Origin: Hemiscyllium ocellatum
Lineage: Eukaryota
Reading direction: 5' to 3'
NCBI RefSeq assembly: GCF_020745735.1
Contig: NW_026867476.1
Span: forward strand, 974,427 to 1,038,426
Length of the DNA: 64,000 bases
Positions within the stretch are counted from its first letter, which is position 1. Each line of letters starts with the position of its first letter. Of the stretch, positions 23,832 through 34,461 are shown piece after piece. A program made the position numbers and the translations under genes. Under the pieces are notes generated by a model. That model saw only the letters and a program-made list of their open reading frames with translations. It did no database searches and was not told where the DNA came from.

Positions 23832-25737
23832 ATGAATAGAGTGACCAACTTCATCCTCTTGGTGTTAAGACTTTACGAAATAGGGGTGGCACGTTCGAAA
23901 CTGTTAAAAGTCCCCGAATCTGGATACCCGCAGGTAATAAAGAGCAATGTTTGCAGCCTGGTAGATTGCGGAGATGTAAAGGATCAGAGAGAATATAGTT
24001 CCTTTACAATCAGTCTCCCGACGCAGATGCAGGAAACATTTGGTGTACAAGGGTTGCCACCCGGCATCGCTATTCACAGAGATCCCTTCCGCCCGTCCCT
24101 GGAATGTACTGATGAGAAATGCAACCCGATATATCCCACTGTTAAAAATACCTCCTCTGAAGACTCCTTTCCTGCTCGCTTTCTCCCTCCCCGTGAAGGT
24201 GGGAGTCGACCCCCTCAGCAGCAACTTTATGATCTTAATGGAAGCTCCTGAGGACCCCCGGAAAATACGTAGGGGTGTGGTGACTGGGAGATACCCTGGG
24301 AAGTGTTCTGTAGGCTGCTGTTTTCGAATAATGGGAGAAAAGGGAAAGCGAGAAGAGCAAGAACCGTATATCCCTGACAGTGACCCGAAACTGGTAAAAG
24401 GTATCGAGGTCAAAGACTTAAGACAGACCCTTGAAATAGAAACTGGAAACAGGGACACAAAAGCCTGGGTGGAATGGGTAAAATACACGGTAAAAAGCAT
24501 AAATAAAAACAATTGTGATGCATGTGCCTCAGGTAGACCGGTGGCATGGGTGGTTCCCTTTCCGCTCAGGTGGAAGCAAGACAGGGCCGGTATGATAGCC
24601 CTGTACCAGGATGAGACGGCGCGGGGGAAACCCCGGTCATTGCTGTCAATGTTTCCTTCCCTAAAGAGAGGGGGGAGAATTAAATACTCCCCGTATGTTT
24701 GCGAATGTGGTTGGGAATCATACCTCCTGTGTGCAGAGGAATGGAACAGACCAGTCCCGGTTTCTAGGAGACCCGACGCTATGCTCGGAAATTGAATCCG
24801 TTTCCGGGACAGAGTGGGGAAGGAACTATTCAGCCTTAAAAGGTACCCCGAGCGGATTTGTGGTGGTACTGTGGCGGGAAGATCTGAAGACCCGCTATGC
24901 CCTCGAGCTGGCCAGGCACGTGTACAATTGGCAATTCCATTTACCTTGGCATTTGAGAAAGAGGAGAAGGGAGTAAGGAAGGCGGATGAGCGAAGTAAGA
25001 GATCGGTACTGGGGACTTCCTTTGATGACAGGATTTATTTTGACTCCATAGGGGTTCCGAGAGGGGTGCCTGACGAGTTTAAGGACGGCAACCAGATTGC
25101 AGCAGGTTTTGAATCATCCCTATTTTGGTGGGTCACAACTAACAAAAAATGTAGCTTGGGTAAACTACATTTTTATATAACCAACAAAGATTTATAAACT
25201 ATACTAGAGATGCAGTCAAGGGAGCTGCTGAACAGCTTGATGCCACTAGCAGGATGGCTGGGGAAAACAGACTAGCCCTGGACATGATTCTAGTTGAAAA
25301 AGGTGGCGTATGTGTGATGTTAGGGGGGAAAGCTGCTGTACCTTTATTCCGAATACCACAGCACCTGATGGGTCAATCACTCGCGCATTGTGAGGATTGA
25401 CCACCCTCTCGGAGGAATTCAGGAGTGGACACGTCACTCACAGGGTGGTAGTGTGGTTTGGGGTGGTAGTCTCCGTTCTCACACCCTTGGTAATAGTGGC
25501 AGGGCTACTAACTGTAGTTGGTTGTTGTGTTATACCTTGTATACGAGGATTAACCCAACGGCCTTAGCTAAACAAATGACCCTGAGAGGAAAGCAAGTTG
25601 AGGGACTCCATCTCCCGAACGGCAAGGGAATGGGCCCCCTTAAAGAACAGGCTATAATAACTAAGGATGTGGAGGATGGGGAGCGAAGGGAAAGTCAAAG
25701 ACTGCTCCAGGAGTTTGAAAAACGGATAAGATTGTGA
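23832..25737 (+). pseudogene. env: ERV-A env, frameshifted (gamma-type)
   Basis: Signal-peptide-like start; CDAC (CxxC); furin site RSKR 24991-25002; 'GVPRGVPDEFK..QIAAGFES'; 'WENRLALDM'; frameshifted CX6CC; homologous to ERV-B env. Confidence 0.92.
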
Positions 25738-25842
25738 ACCTCATCGCCAAAAGGCGTAAGAGGGCAGAGCCTGGAAAAATGAATTAAAAGGGTACTTAAT
25801 AAGTGCAGAAACAACAGTTAAAGAAAAAGAAAAAGGGGAAGT

Positions 25843-26245
25843 TGTGAGAGATGTCTGTAAAAAGTGTTGTTTCTGCAAAGAATGGAGTTGCTGGATATGG
25901 GCGCTATAAAAATTCAGATGTGCTAACATGAGTGATAGTTAAAACTGGCTTCTTGCACCTGCAGACACATGATCGTGGTTTTGCAAGGCGGTTACAGCCT
26001 CTGTTCCAGGAAACGGAAGGGGGTTTTAATTTAGATAAAGAGGAGTCACGTAGCGGCCATTAAGCTGTTAGGTAGGGTAAGGGGGTGGGAGAGGTGATCT
26101 CATGCAGCACCAGGGATATAACTGTGTACATGTTCCAATGCTCATTTGCTTAATGCATTTGATGCCCTTACTTGCAAGTTCATCAATAAATTGCCTTGTT
26201 TCCAGCTTTTGGTGGTCTCAGCTAAATTTTATTTTGTTTCTAACA
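25843..26245 (+). repeat. ERV-A 3' LTR
   Basis: TGTGAGAG...CTAACA, preceded by PPT AAAGAAAAAGAAAAAGGGGAA. Confidence 0.95.
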
Positions 26246-26349
26246 CGTGGGAGAGCGTTTGCAGCACTGCCTCAGTGTGCAAGCACACACTCAGGATAGC
26301 TGGGCTCTCCTGCCACACGGTGAGCAGCAACCAATAAAGGGTCGTTAAT

Positions 26350-27180
26350 AGAGTCACAGAGACGTACAGCACGGAAACAGACCCTTCAATCCAACCCGTC
26401 CATGCTGACCCAGATATCCCAACCCGATCTAGTCCCACCTGCCAGCTCCCGGCCCATATCCCTCCAAACCCTTCCTATTCACGACCCCACCCAGATACCT
26501 TTTAAATGTTGCAACTGTACCAGCCTCCACCACATCCTCTGGCAGCTCATTCCATACATGTACCACCCTCTGCGTGAAAAAGCTGCCCCTTAGGTCTCTT
26601 TTAAATCTTTCCCCTCTCACCCTAAACCTATACCCTCTAGTTCTGACTCCCAACCCCAGGGAAAAGACTTTGCCTATTTATCCTATCCATGCCCCCTCAT
26701 AATTTTGTAAACCTCTATAATGTCACCCCTCAGCCTCCGACACGCCAGGGAAAACAGCCCCAGCCTGTTCAGCCTCTCCCTGTAGCTCAAATCCTCCAAC
26801 CCTGGCAACATCCTTGTAAATCTTTTCTGAACCCTTTCAAGTTTCACAACGTCTTTCCGATAGGAAGGAGACCAGAATTACATGCAATATTCCAACAGTG
26901 GCCCTAACCAATGTCCTGTCCAGCCGCAACATGACCTCCCAACTCCTGTACTCAATACTCTGACCAATAAAGGAAAGCATGCAACCATCAGCATTGAGAA
27001 GGTACCAGTGTCCAGCCATTGCTCAAACTCTGAATCTTAAAGCTCAAATTTCTGCAGCTGGAAGCACTTCCTGCACGTGTGGTCATCTCAGACAGTAGTG
27101 CGGACAGTAACAGACTTCCAGAGTGACACATTTCACTCCATTGACATAAGCAGCCTCGGTTTAAACCTAAACTTACTGTG
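26350..27180 (-). mobile_element. CR1/HER1-like LINE 3' end plus a probable upstream fragment
   Basis: 'GYRFRVRGERFKRDLRGSFFTQRVVHVWNELP' and 3' UTR hairpin 'GAAGGGTCTGTTTCCGTGCTGTAC'. Confidence 0.85.
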
Positions 27181-27394
27181 TCTAACTCACGAACTTACTT
27201 AATTACTTTGTCTCAAAGTTCATGCTTTAGTATATTTTGCTTGTTTCTGGTTATTAGTAGGAAAGCCAAGAGAGCTTTAACAGAGCTACAGGGCAAGGCT
27301 GAGGGGTATTTAGCCTGGAGTGTCAGAGGTAGAGGGGATGACCTTATCGAGTCACACAGTCAGGGCAGGCAGGGACAAAGTAAACTAAAGGAGA

Positions 27395-27966
27395 AAGTGA
27401 GGAGTGCAGATGTTGGAGGACCAGAGTTGAAAGGTGCGGTGCTGGAAACGCACAGCAGGCCAGGCAGCATCCGAGCAGCAGGAGAATTGACGTTTCGGAA
27501 ATAAGCCCTTCTTCAGGAATGAGGCTGGTGTGCCAAGCGGGCTGAGATAAAAGGTTGGGGGGTGGGGGGAAATTTGGGGGAGGGGCGCTGGGAATACGAT
27601 AGGTGGAACGAGGTGAGGGCGATAGGCCAGGGAGGGGGGGGGGGAGGAGAAGATGATTGCAGGTCAAGAGGGGCTGAACCCCTCCCCCCACCTTATCTCA
27701 GCCCCAACCCCCAGATTCAGCACCGCCCTCTTGACCTGCAATCTTCTTCCCTACCTCTCTGCCCCCAACCCCTCTCCGGCCTATCACCCTCACCTCCTTC
27801 CACCTATCGTATTCCCAGCACCCCTCCCCCCACTTTTTAATCTCAGCCCGCTGGGCACACCAGCCTCATTCCTGAAGAAGGGCTCATGCCCGAAACGTCG
27901 ACCCTCCTGCTCCTTGGATGCTGCCTGGCCCGCTGCGCTTTTCCAGCACCACGCTTTTCAACTCTG
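27395..27966. mobile_element. Fold-back (inverted) Penelope pLTR element
   Basis: Left arm is the reverse complement of the right arm; hammerhead-like cores at ~27490 (-) and ~27872 (+). Confidence 0.8.
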
Positions 27967-28770
27967 CGTTTACTTCAATGCAAGGTGCCTAACAGGTGAG
28001 GCAGATGAACTCAGGGCATGGTTAGGAACTTGGGACCGGGGGAATATCATACCAATTATGACTCTGTGAGGCGTGTCAAATCACAAGGGGGCATGGATAG
28101 GGTGAAAACTGGAGAGGCATAGGTTTGAGGTGAGTGGGGAAAGGGGGACCTGAGGGGTAGCACTTTTCACGCAAGCATCTTGCGGAATGAAGTGCCAGTG
28201 GAAGTGGTGGGGGCTGGTGCCAGGACAGCATTGACACGGAAAGACGACGTGAGACTCGAGAGGGCTCGGAGAAGATCTGCATGGATGTTGCCAGGGTTGG
28301 AGGATCCGGGTGGCGGGGGGCTGGTTTCCCTGGAGCGTCGGGGAAGGGAGGGTGGGGGAGTTGGGCGAGGGATGACCTTACAGAGGTTTGTGAGGGGCAT
28401 GGATGGGATAAGTGGATGGGGTCTTTTCCTTGGAGGGAGGAGAGGGGAGGCTCCAGAGCTGGAAGGCATGGGTTTGGGGTGAGAGGGGAAGGACCGGGGG
28501 GAGGGGCGGGCAGCTTTTTCACACAGAGGGTGGTGCGTGTGTGGAGTGGGCTGCCCGGAGGGGGGGGGGGGGTAGTGGTGGAGGCTGGTACAGTTGCAGC
28601 ATTTGGGAGGTATTTGGATGGGTGTATGAATGGTGGAGTGGGGGGGGTTTGGAGGGGTGTGGGCTTGGGTGCTGGCAGGTAGGACTGGATTGGGTTGGGA
28701 TATCTGGGTCAGCACGGACGGGTTGGACCGAAGGGTCTGTTTCCATGCTTCCCCCATCTCTCATGGCTCT
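27967..28770 (+). mobile_element. Rearranged CR1/HER1-like fragments
   Basis: 'CVYFNAR..DELRAW' (endonuclease start) and 3' UTR motifs. Confidence 0.7.
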
Positions 28771-28849
28771 ATGGGACAGGAATAAGGGCAGGCTGATAGG
28801 AGACATGGGGCCAAGCGCCAGGAAAGGTCACCTGGAGGTCAAGACACGT

Positions 28850-29740
28850 CATTCCATTGTCGGGTCGCGACAGACGCGCGTTCGGGCCAATCGGGACGAG
28901 GCGGGGGCGGGCTTGGAGGAGTCTTTGACCGACCCACCGCCCGCCCGACGTCACTCGGTCCTCCCACCAATCAGAGGGCGCGGCGCCAACGTCAAGCGAG
29001 GCCGACGTCACCCGGTCCTCCCACCAATCGGAGGGCGCGGCGCCAACGGCCGCTGAGGCCGACGGCGGCCATTTTAACGTAGCGGGCAAACCCGAAGGGA
29101 AACGCGGCATCGCTGCGAGCTTTGGGAAGGAGGAGGGGGAGGGGATGGGGGTGAGGGGGTAACTCGGGGTTTACCGCTCCGCGCCGGACTTCTGTTTATT
29201 TCTCCGCGGAAACCGTTTCACTCACCCGCCGACGTGTTTCGGCGCCACTGCGCTCCGCTTCCGTCCCGCCCGCGCTGCCGCCGTGAGCCACCGGATGTGA
29301 GGAGCGTGATTGACGTCGGCCCCGACCAATAGGAAGAGGAGGTGTCGCCGCGCGCGCGCCTCGTCCCCTACCAGCACCACCCTTGGAAGCTGGACGGTCC
29401 TCCAACCAATCGGAGTCAAACAGGGGGCGGAGCTGGACGGTCCTCCAACCAATCGGAGTCAAACAGGGGGGCGGGGCTGGGCGGTCCTCCAACCAATCGG
29501 AGTCAAACAGAGGGCGAGGTTGGGTGGTCCTCCAACCAATCGGAGTCAAACAGAGGGCGAGGTTGGGTGGTCCTCCAACCAATCGGAGTCAAACGGCGGG
29601 GCTGAGCGGTCCTCCAACCAATCGGAGCCAAACGGCGGGGCTGGGCGATCCTCCAACCAATCGGAGTCAAACGGGGGGGCGGAGTTGGGGCTGCGGGGCG
29701 GGGCTGGAGGACCTCGCGAGCCAGGGTGGTCCTCCAACAG
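28850..29740. promoter_or_regulatory. CpG-island promoter candidate with 11 CCAAT boxes, GC boxes, CRE-like GACGTCA, YY1 (GCCATTTT) and ETS-like sites
   Basis: High CpG density; CCAAT at ~28887, 28967, 29023, 29326 plus a 7-copy array; splice-donor-like G|GTGAGT on minus at ~29225. Confidence 0.75.
29385..29700. repeat. 39-44 bp tandem repeat, 7 copies, each containing CCAATCGG
   Basis: Core TCCTCCAACCAATCGGAG(T/C)CAAAC; CCAAT at 29406, 29449, 29493, 29536, 29579, 29618, 29657. Confidence 0.95.
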
Positions 29741-29744
29741 GACC

Positions 29745-30400
29745 CACTGCAGATGCTGGAGATCAAGGGTCCAGAGTGTGGGGCTGCAAAAGCACAGCAG
29801 GTCAGGGCAGCATCCGAGGGGCAGGAGAGCCGACGTTTCGGGCATACATCAGGAAATGAGGCTTGTTGGCCCCCAAGGGGCTGCTGAGAGACAAATGGGG
29901 AGGGTAGGTAGCCAGGAATGCAACAGGCAGATGAGTTTGGGGGGGAGGGGGTTGGGTTGTGGAGCAGATAGATGGGAAGGAAGGTAGACAGGTAGGACAG
30001 GTCAAGAGGGCGGTTGGCTCTGGAACCAGCTTCGGGGTGGGTGGGGAGGAAACTGGTGAAATCCACATTAATGCGGGTTGGAGGACCCCAAAGGCAGAAG
30101 ATGAGAAAGGCGTCCTTCCTCCAGACGTCATGTGCTTCGGGTTCAAGCTGCGGAGGAGGCCCAGGGCTTGCACGTCCTTGGCAGAGCGGCTGGGGTGTGA
30201 AGAGTGTTTGGCCATGGGGCGTTGAGGTTGTTTCGTGCACGTGTCCCGGAGATGTCCCTTCGGAATCCTTCCACATCCGTCAGAGATTCACCTGTAACTC
30301 CAAACACACCATCTACGTGTGGCCTGTTGCTCCCGAGGTGGTCTCCTCTACACTGGGGAGACGGGATGCCAACTTGCGGAACGTTCAGAAGTTCTGTGCA
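29745..30400. mobile_element. Penelope-like fragment (inverted pLTR + GIY-YIG piece)
   Basis: 'SFHIRQRFTCNSKHTIY..LYTGETG' on plus, pLTR on minus. Confidence 0.75.
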
Positions 30401-30747
30401 CAAGCCTTCCATCAAGCTTTTGTGTCGTAATATCTCTAAGTTGGATGGGAGGCTGTCCTGTTAGAATGGAGTAGCAATGCTTCAGCGTGATTTGCTAAAT
30501 TTAGTGAGTGATAAAGTGTAGACTGGATAGATATTGGGGTTGGTGGTAAAAACAAGAAGGTGGATTACTATCTGAGTGGTTGGGGCTTCGAAGGGGATCT
30601 TGCAGGGAGATAGTGCTCCCAGACGGGTACCTGCTGCCCTTTATCCTTCTAGATGGTAGAGGGTGTGGGTTTGGTGAATTCCCGCAATGCATCTTGTGGA
30701 CGGTACACACTGCTGCGACTTGGAGGTGGAGGGAGCGGATGTGGTGC

Positions 30748-31581
30748 TGAGAGAGAGAAATTTCAGGTTGTCAGGTGTATGTTGATTTTAGCGAATATAG
30801 AGGGTCTTTTCAGAAATAGTTTGAAGCTAAGAAATTAGTTTGAGTGTTGCAGCTGACCACAAAAGAAAAAAATGAAGCAGGAGGGGGATTTTGCAATCAG
30901 CGCATAGTTTGTAGGTCTGTTATTTGGACTACCAAGATAGGAAAGGATGATCTCAGAAGGTTAGATAAGAGGAACTGGACAAAATAACAGGAGGGCTGTA
31001 ACGAACACGGACAGAGCTGAAAATGTGTTGCTGGTCAAAGCACAGCAGGCCAGGCAGCATCTCAGGAATAGGGAATTCGACGTTTCGAGCATAAGCCCTT
31101 CATGAAGGGCTTATGCTCGAAACGTCGAATTCCCTATTCCTGAGATGCTGCCTGGCCTGCTGTGCTTTGACCAGCAACACATTTTTAGCTCTGATCTCCA
31201 GCATCTGCAGACCTCATTTTTTACACGAACAAGGACAGCCAAATAAGGCAGATTTAAAGAAAAACAAGTGAGGGTAATTAATAAGTATGATCGGCTTAGG
31301 CTTGGGTGCAGGGAATTACCAAATGAAGGAATAACGGGCGCAAGTAATAATCAAATAAGGGGATAGAATGAAATAGACACGAATGATCGGTTTATTGCTC
31401 AGTGTAGGGGTGTCGAGAGAGACCCTTCAGAAAAGTATAAAAAGCTCTGTATTCTACTGTCGGCTGTGTCTCTCCTCGTACAGCCATCCATCTTTAAAGA
31501 TGTTCGAATAAATGTGCTGCTTTGGAACTCTTTGACTCGGACTGAAAATTATCAATTAAGTGGGGGGGTTCGTTTCTCACA
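30748..31581 (+). mobile_element. Solo LTR (U5 end related to ERV-B LTR)
   Basis: TG...CA termini; 4-bp TSD GTGC (30744-47 / 31582-85); TATAAAAA ~31436; AATAAA ~31507; ends CTCGGACTGAAAATTAT...GTTTCTCACA like ERV-B LTR. Confidence 0.85.
31013..31224. mobile_element. Spacer-less palindromic Penelope pLTR insertion inside the solo LTR
   Basis: ~90-bp arms centred on CTTCA|TGAAG; flanked by ACGAACA(C/A)GGACAG at 31001-31014 and 31225-31238. Confidence 0.9.
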
Positions 31582-32069
31582 GTGCCAACGAGTGCGGGGA
31601 GGGGGGGCTGCTTTCTCCTGGATGGTGTCGGGTTTCCCAGATCGGCACCTATCCTGATTGTAAAACAAAGGCCCTGTGGTAAGTAATTAGAGCTTGACGA
31701 TTAGTGCCCGTGACCGGACACCATATCTTCATGATCCGAAAGGACAATGGCTCGCTCTTAGCAGAAGGTCCGGCCCATGAACTGAAAAGAACGACGTTTC
31801 CAATCTTTCCCATCGGGATGAAATATTCAGATACCCAGCCACTGGAGAAACAACATCGGTACAACACAGAGTCACTTTCCAGCGTAATTTACAAAATTAG
31901 TTCGTGGTTTAATGCGTTCCACTTTGAATAAAAGAAACTTGCCAACATGCTATTACGTTAGCAACACGTAGCTCAAACCAAAAATAAACCCCAAACCCTC
32001 GCTGGCCTTTGAGTTTGACGTTAGAACTATGCACTCAAAACTCTTGTCCCATGCGTTCTCCCCTGATCA

Positions 32070-32425
32070 TTCTACGAACTGATGGAAACAACAAATGCTG
32101 GAGATCGCAGCGGGTCAGGCAGCAAGCTGAGGTCTCAAGTCGGGATGAATCTTTTATCCGAGCTGCCATGGAGGGGTTGGCATTCATGCTACACAGAGGA
32201 ACCTCGATTATCCAAATACCAATTATCCGAACAAAATAGTGCCTGCCCATCTCGTCCAGATGATTGAGGTTCCCCTGTAGTGGGGGCTGCCTCTGTGCAC
32301 TTCATTCAGCTCTGATGAAGAGTCACCCAGCCCGGAAATGTTGCCGTCTCTTTCTATGGATGCTGCCCGACCCGCTGTGACCTCCAGCGTTTGTTCAGTC
32401 TTCCGTTCAGATTCCAGCAACTGAA
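32070..32425. mobile_element. Old fold-back PLE-derived element containing a small Tc1/pogo-type MITE (32194-32277)
   Basis: Inverted arms 'aaatgctggagatcgcagcgggtcaggcagca' / 'tgctgcccgacccgctgtgacctccagcgttt'; MITE termini CAGAGGAACCTCGATTATC / GATGATTGAGGTTCCCCTG-TA; related piece at ~54767. Confidence 0.55.
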
Positions 32426-32807
32426 GTCAATTGCTCCGGTAATCCAATGGTCCCCGTTTACCGTGGGTCGTGTGATAGAATTAAAAACACATTAGCCGAT
32501 GTCTCATTGTGTCCTGGTATCTCAGCTTGTTTACAAATGGCCAGGGTGCAGAAAGTTCCATTAAAATGACGAGTACGTTCAGCTTTCTCGCGGCAACCGC
32601 TTGTAATGATTCGCCAGGGCTCCCAGGTCCCCTGCTTCCACACAGGAGTCAGGTGAACCACCTCTCTCCACTTTGCAGTTGATGTTTCTTTCTGCTGTGA
32701 TGACAATCACACCCTCTTCTGGGAACACGTTTGCGCAGATGAACTCTGCCGTAACCCAGGTCCCCAAAACGACGATGGCACAGTCCCAGTCAACTCTGGC
32801 AAGGCCT

Positions 32808-33080
32808 CCTTGGTGGCTCAGTGGTTAGCACCGCTGCCTCACAGCAGGTTCGATTCCAGCCTCCGGTGACTGCCCGTGTGGAGTTTGCACATTCTCCCCG
32901 TGTCTGCGTGGGTGTGCGCTCCGGTTTCCTCCCACAGTCCAAAGGTGTGCAGGTCAGGTGGATTGGCCGTGCTAAATTGCCCATCGTGCTGGGTGCATTC
33001 GTCAGAGGGAAATGGGTCTGGGTGGGTTACTCTTCGGAGTGTTGGCTGAAGGGGCCTGTTTCCATACTGTAGGGAATCTA
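32808..33080 (+). mobile_element. HE1-type SINE
   Basis: GGTGGCTCAGTGGTTAGCA, GGTTCGATTCC, core TGTGGAGTTTGCACATTCTCCCCGTGTCTGCGTGG. Confidence 0.9.
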
Positions 33081-33329
33081 ATGGAATCTCAGTGACACGA
33101 CTAGTCTATTTGGGTTTTGCAAAAATCCATCTAGTTCACTAATAACCTTTAGAGAAGGAAATGCACCATCCTTCTGGCCAAGGTGTGATCCCTGAATCAC
33201 AATAACGCCGTTGATTCCTAACTGCTCTCTGCAATGGCCAGGCAACTCACTCATGTGGGCTTGTTGTAAAACTGGGAACACTGTCCCGCAGATGAGTTGA
33301 GCACCAATTGTACTCAAGCAATCTTAGGG

Positions 33330-34461
33330 TAAAAAGTGAGGTCTGCAGATGCTGGAGATCACAGCTGAAAATGTGTTGCTGGTTAAAGCACAGCAGGTCA
33401 GGCAGCATCCAAGGAGCAGGAAATTCGACGTTTTGGGCATAAGCCCTTCATCAGGAATGAGGAGAGGGTGCCAGGCAGGCTAAGATAAAAGGTAGGGAGG
33501 AGGGACTTGGGGGAGGGGCGATGGCGATGTGATAGGTGGAAGGAGGTCAAGGTGAGGGTGATAGGCCGGAGTGGGGTGGGGGCGGAGAGGTTAGGAAGGA
33601 GATTGCAGGTTAGGAGGGCGGTGCTGAGTTCGAGGGATTGGACTGAGACAAGGTGGGGGGAGGGGAAATGAGGAAACTGGAGAAATCTGAGTTCATTCCC
33701 TCATCAGGTGCACACCTCCCACCAACCCAACCTCCACTCCCGGCACCTTCCCCTGCAACCGCAGGAAATGTAAAACTTGCGCCCACACCTCCTCCCTCAC
33801 TTCCCTCCAAGGCCCCAAGGGATCCTTCCATATCCGCCACAAGTTCACCTGCACCTCCACACACATCATCTATTGCATCTGCTGCACCCAATGTGGCCTC
33901 CTCTATATTGGGGAGACGGGCCGCTTACTTGCAGAACGCTTCAGAGAACACCTCTGGGACGCCCGGACCAACCAACCCAACCACCCCGTGGCTCAACACT
34001 TTAACTCTCCCTCCCACTCCACCGAGGACATGCAGGTCCTTGGACTCCTCCACCGGCAGAACATAACAACACGATGGCTGGAGGAGGAGCGCCTCATCTT
34101 CCGCCTGGGAACCCTCCAACCACAAGGAATGAACTCAGATTTCTCCAGTTTCCTCATTTCCCCATCCCCCACCTTGTCTCAGTCGGTTCCCTCAACTCAG
34201 CACCGCCTTCCTAACCTGCAATCTTCTTCCTGACCTCTCCGCCCCCACCCCACTCCGGCCTATCACCCTCACCTTGACCTCCTTCCACCTATCACATCTC
34301 CATCGCCTTTCCCCCAAGTCCCTCCTCCCTACCTTTTATCTTAGCCTGCTTGGCTACTCTCTCTCATTCCTGATGAAGGGCTTATGCCCGAAACATCGAA
34401 TTTCCTATTCCTGGGATGCTGCCTAACCTGCTGTGCTTTAACCAGCAACACATTTTCAGCT
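33330..34461 (+). mobile_element. Penelope-like element: inverted pLTR + GIY-YIG endonuclease + pLTR
   Basis: 'CKTCAH..IIYCICCTQCGLLYIGETGR..ERFREH..LEEERLIFRLGTLQPQGMN'; ~335-bp inverted arms; hammerhead-like cores at ~33427 (-) and ~34370 (+). Confidence 0.92.

Larger units (their letters stand above)
10505..26245 (+). mobile_element. ERV-A: full-layout class I endogenous retrovirus (LTR-gag-pro-pol-env-LTR), all ORFs disrupted, interrupted by ERV-B
   Basis: Matching LTRs 10505-10892 and 25843-26245 (TG...CA), tRNA-Pro PBS, polypurine tract 25820-25840, gag/PR/RT/RNaseH/IN/env motifs in retroviral order. Confidence 0.95.

Noticed and set aside
17372-25737. Domesticated (syncytin-like) env gene
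   Set aside because: Both envs carry several frameshifts; neither is an intact ORF.
10501-26249. Clean TSD for ERV-A
   Set aside because: Flanks read CACG|TG...CA|CGTG. This fits a CACGTG target with a 2-bp slip but is not an exact duplication.
29310-29987. Repeat-containing ORFs in several frames
   Set aside because: Translation of the CCAAT minisatellite and adjacent Penelope DNA.
31649-31931. Short ORFs in apparently unique sequence
   Set aside because: No motif, no clear splice context, no homology I can recognise.
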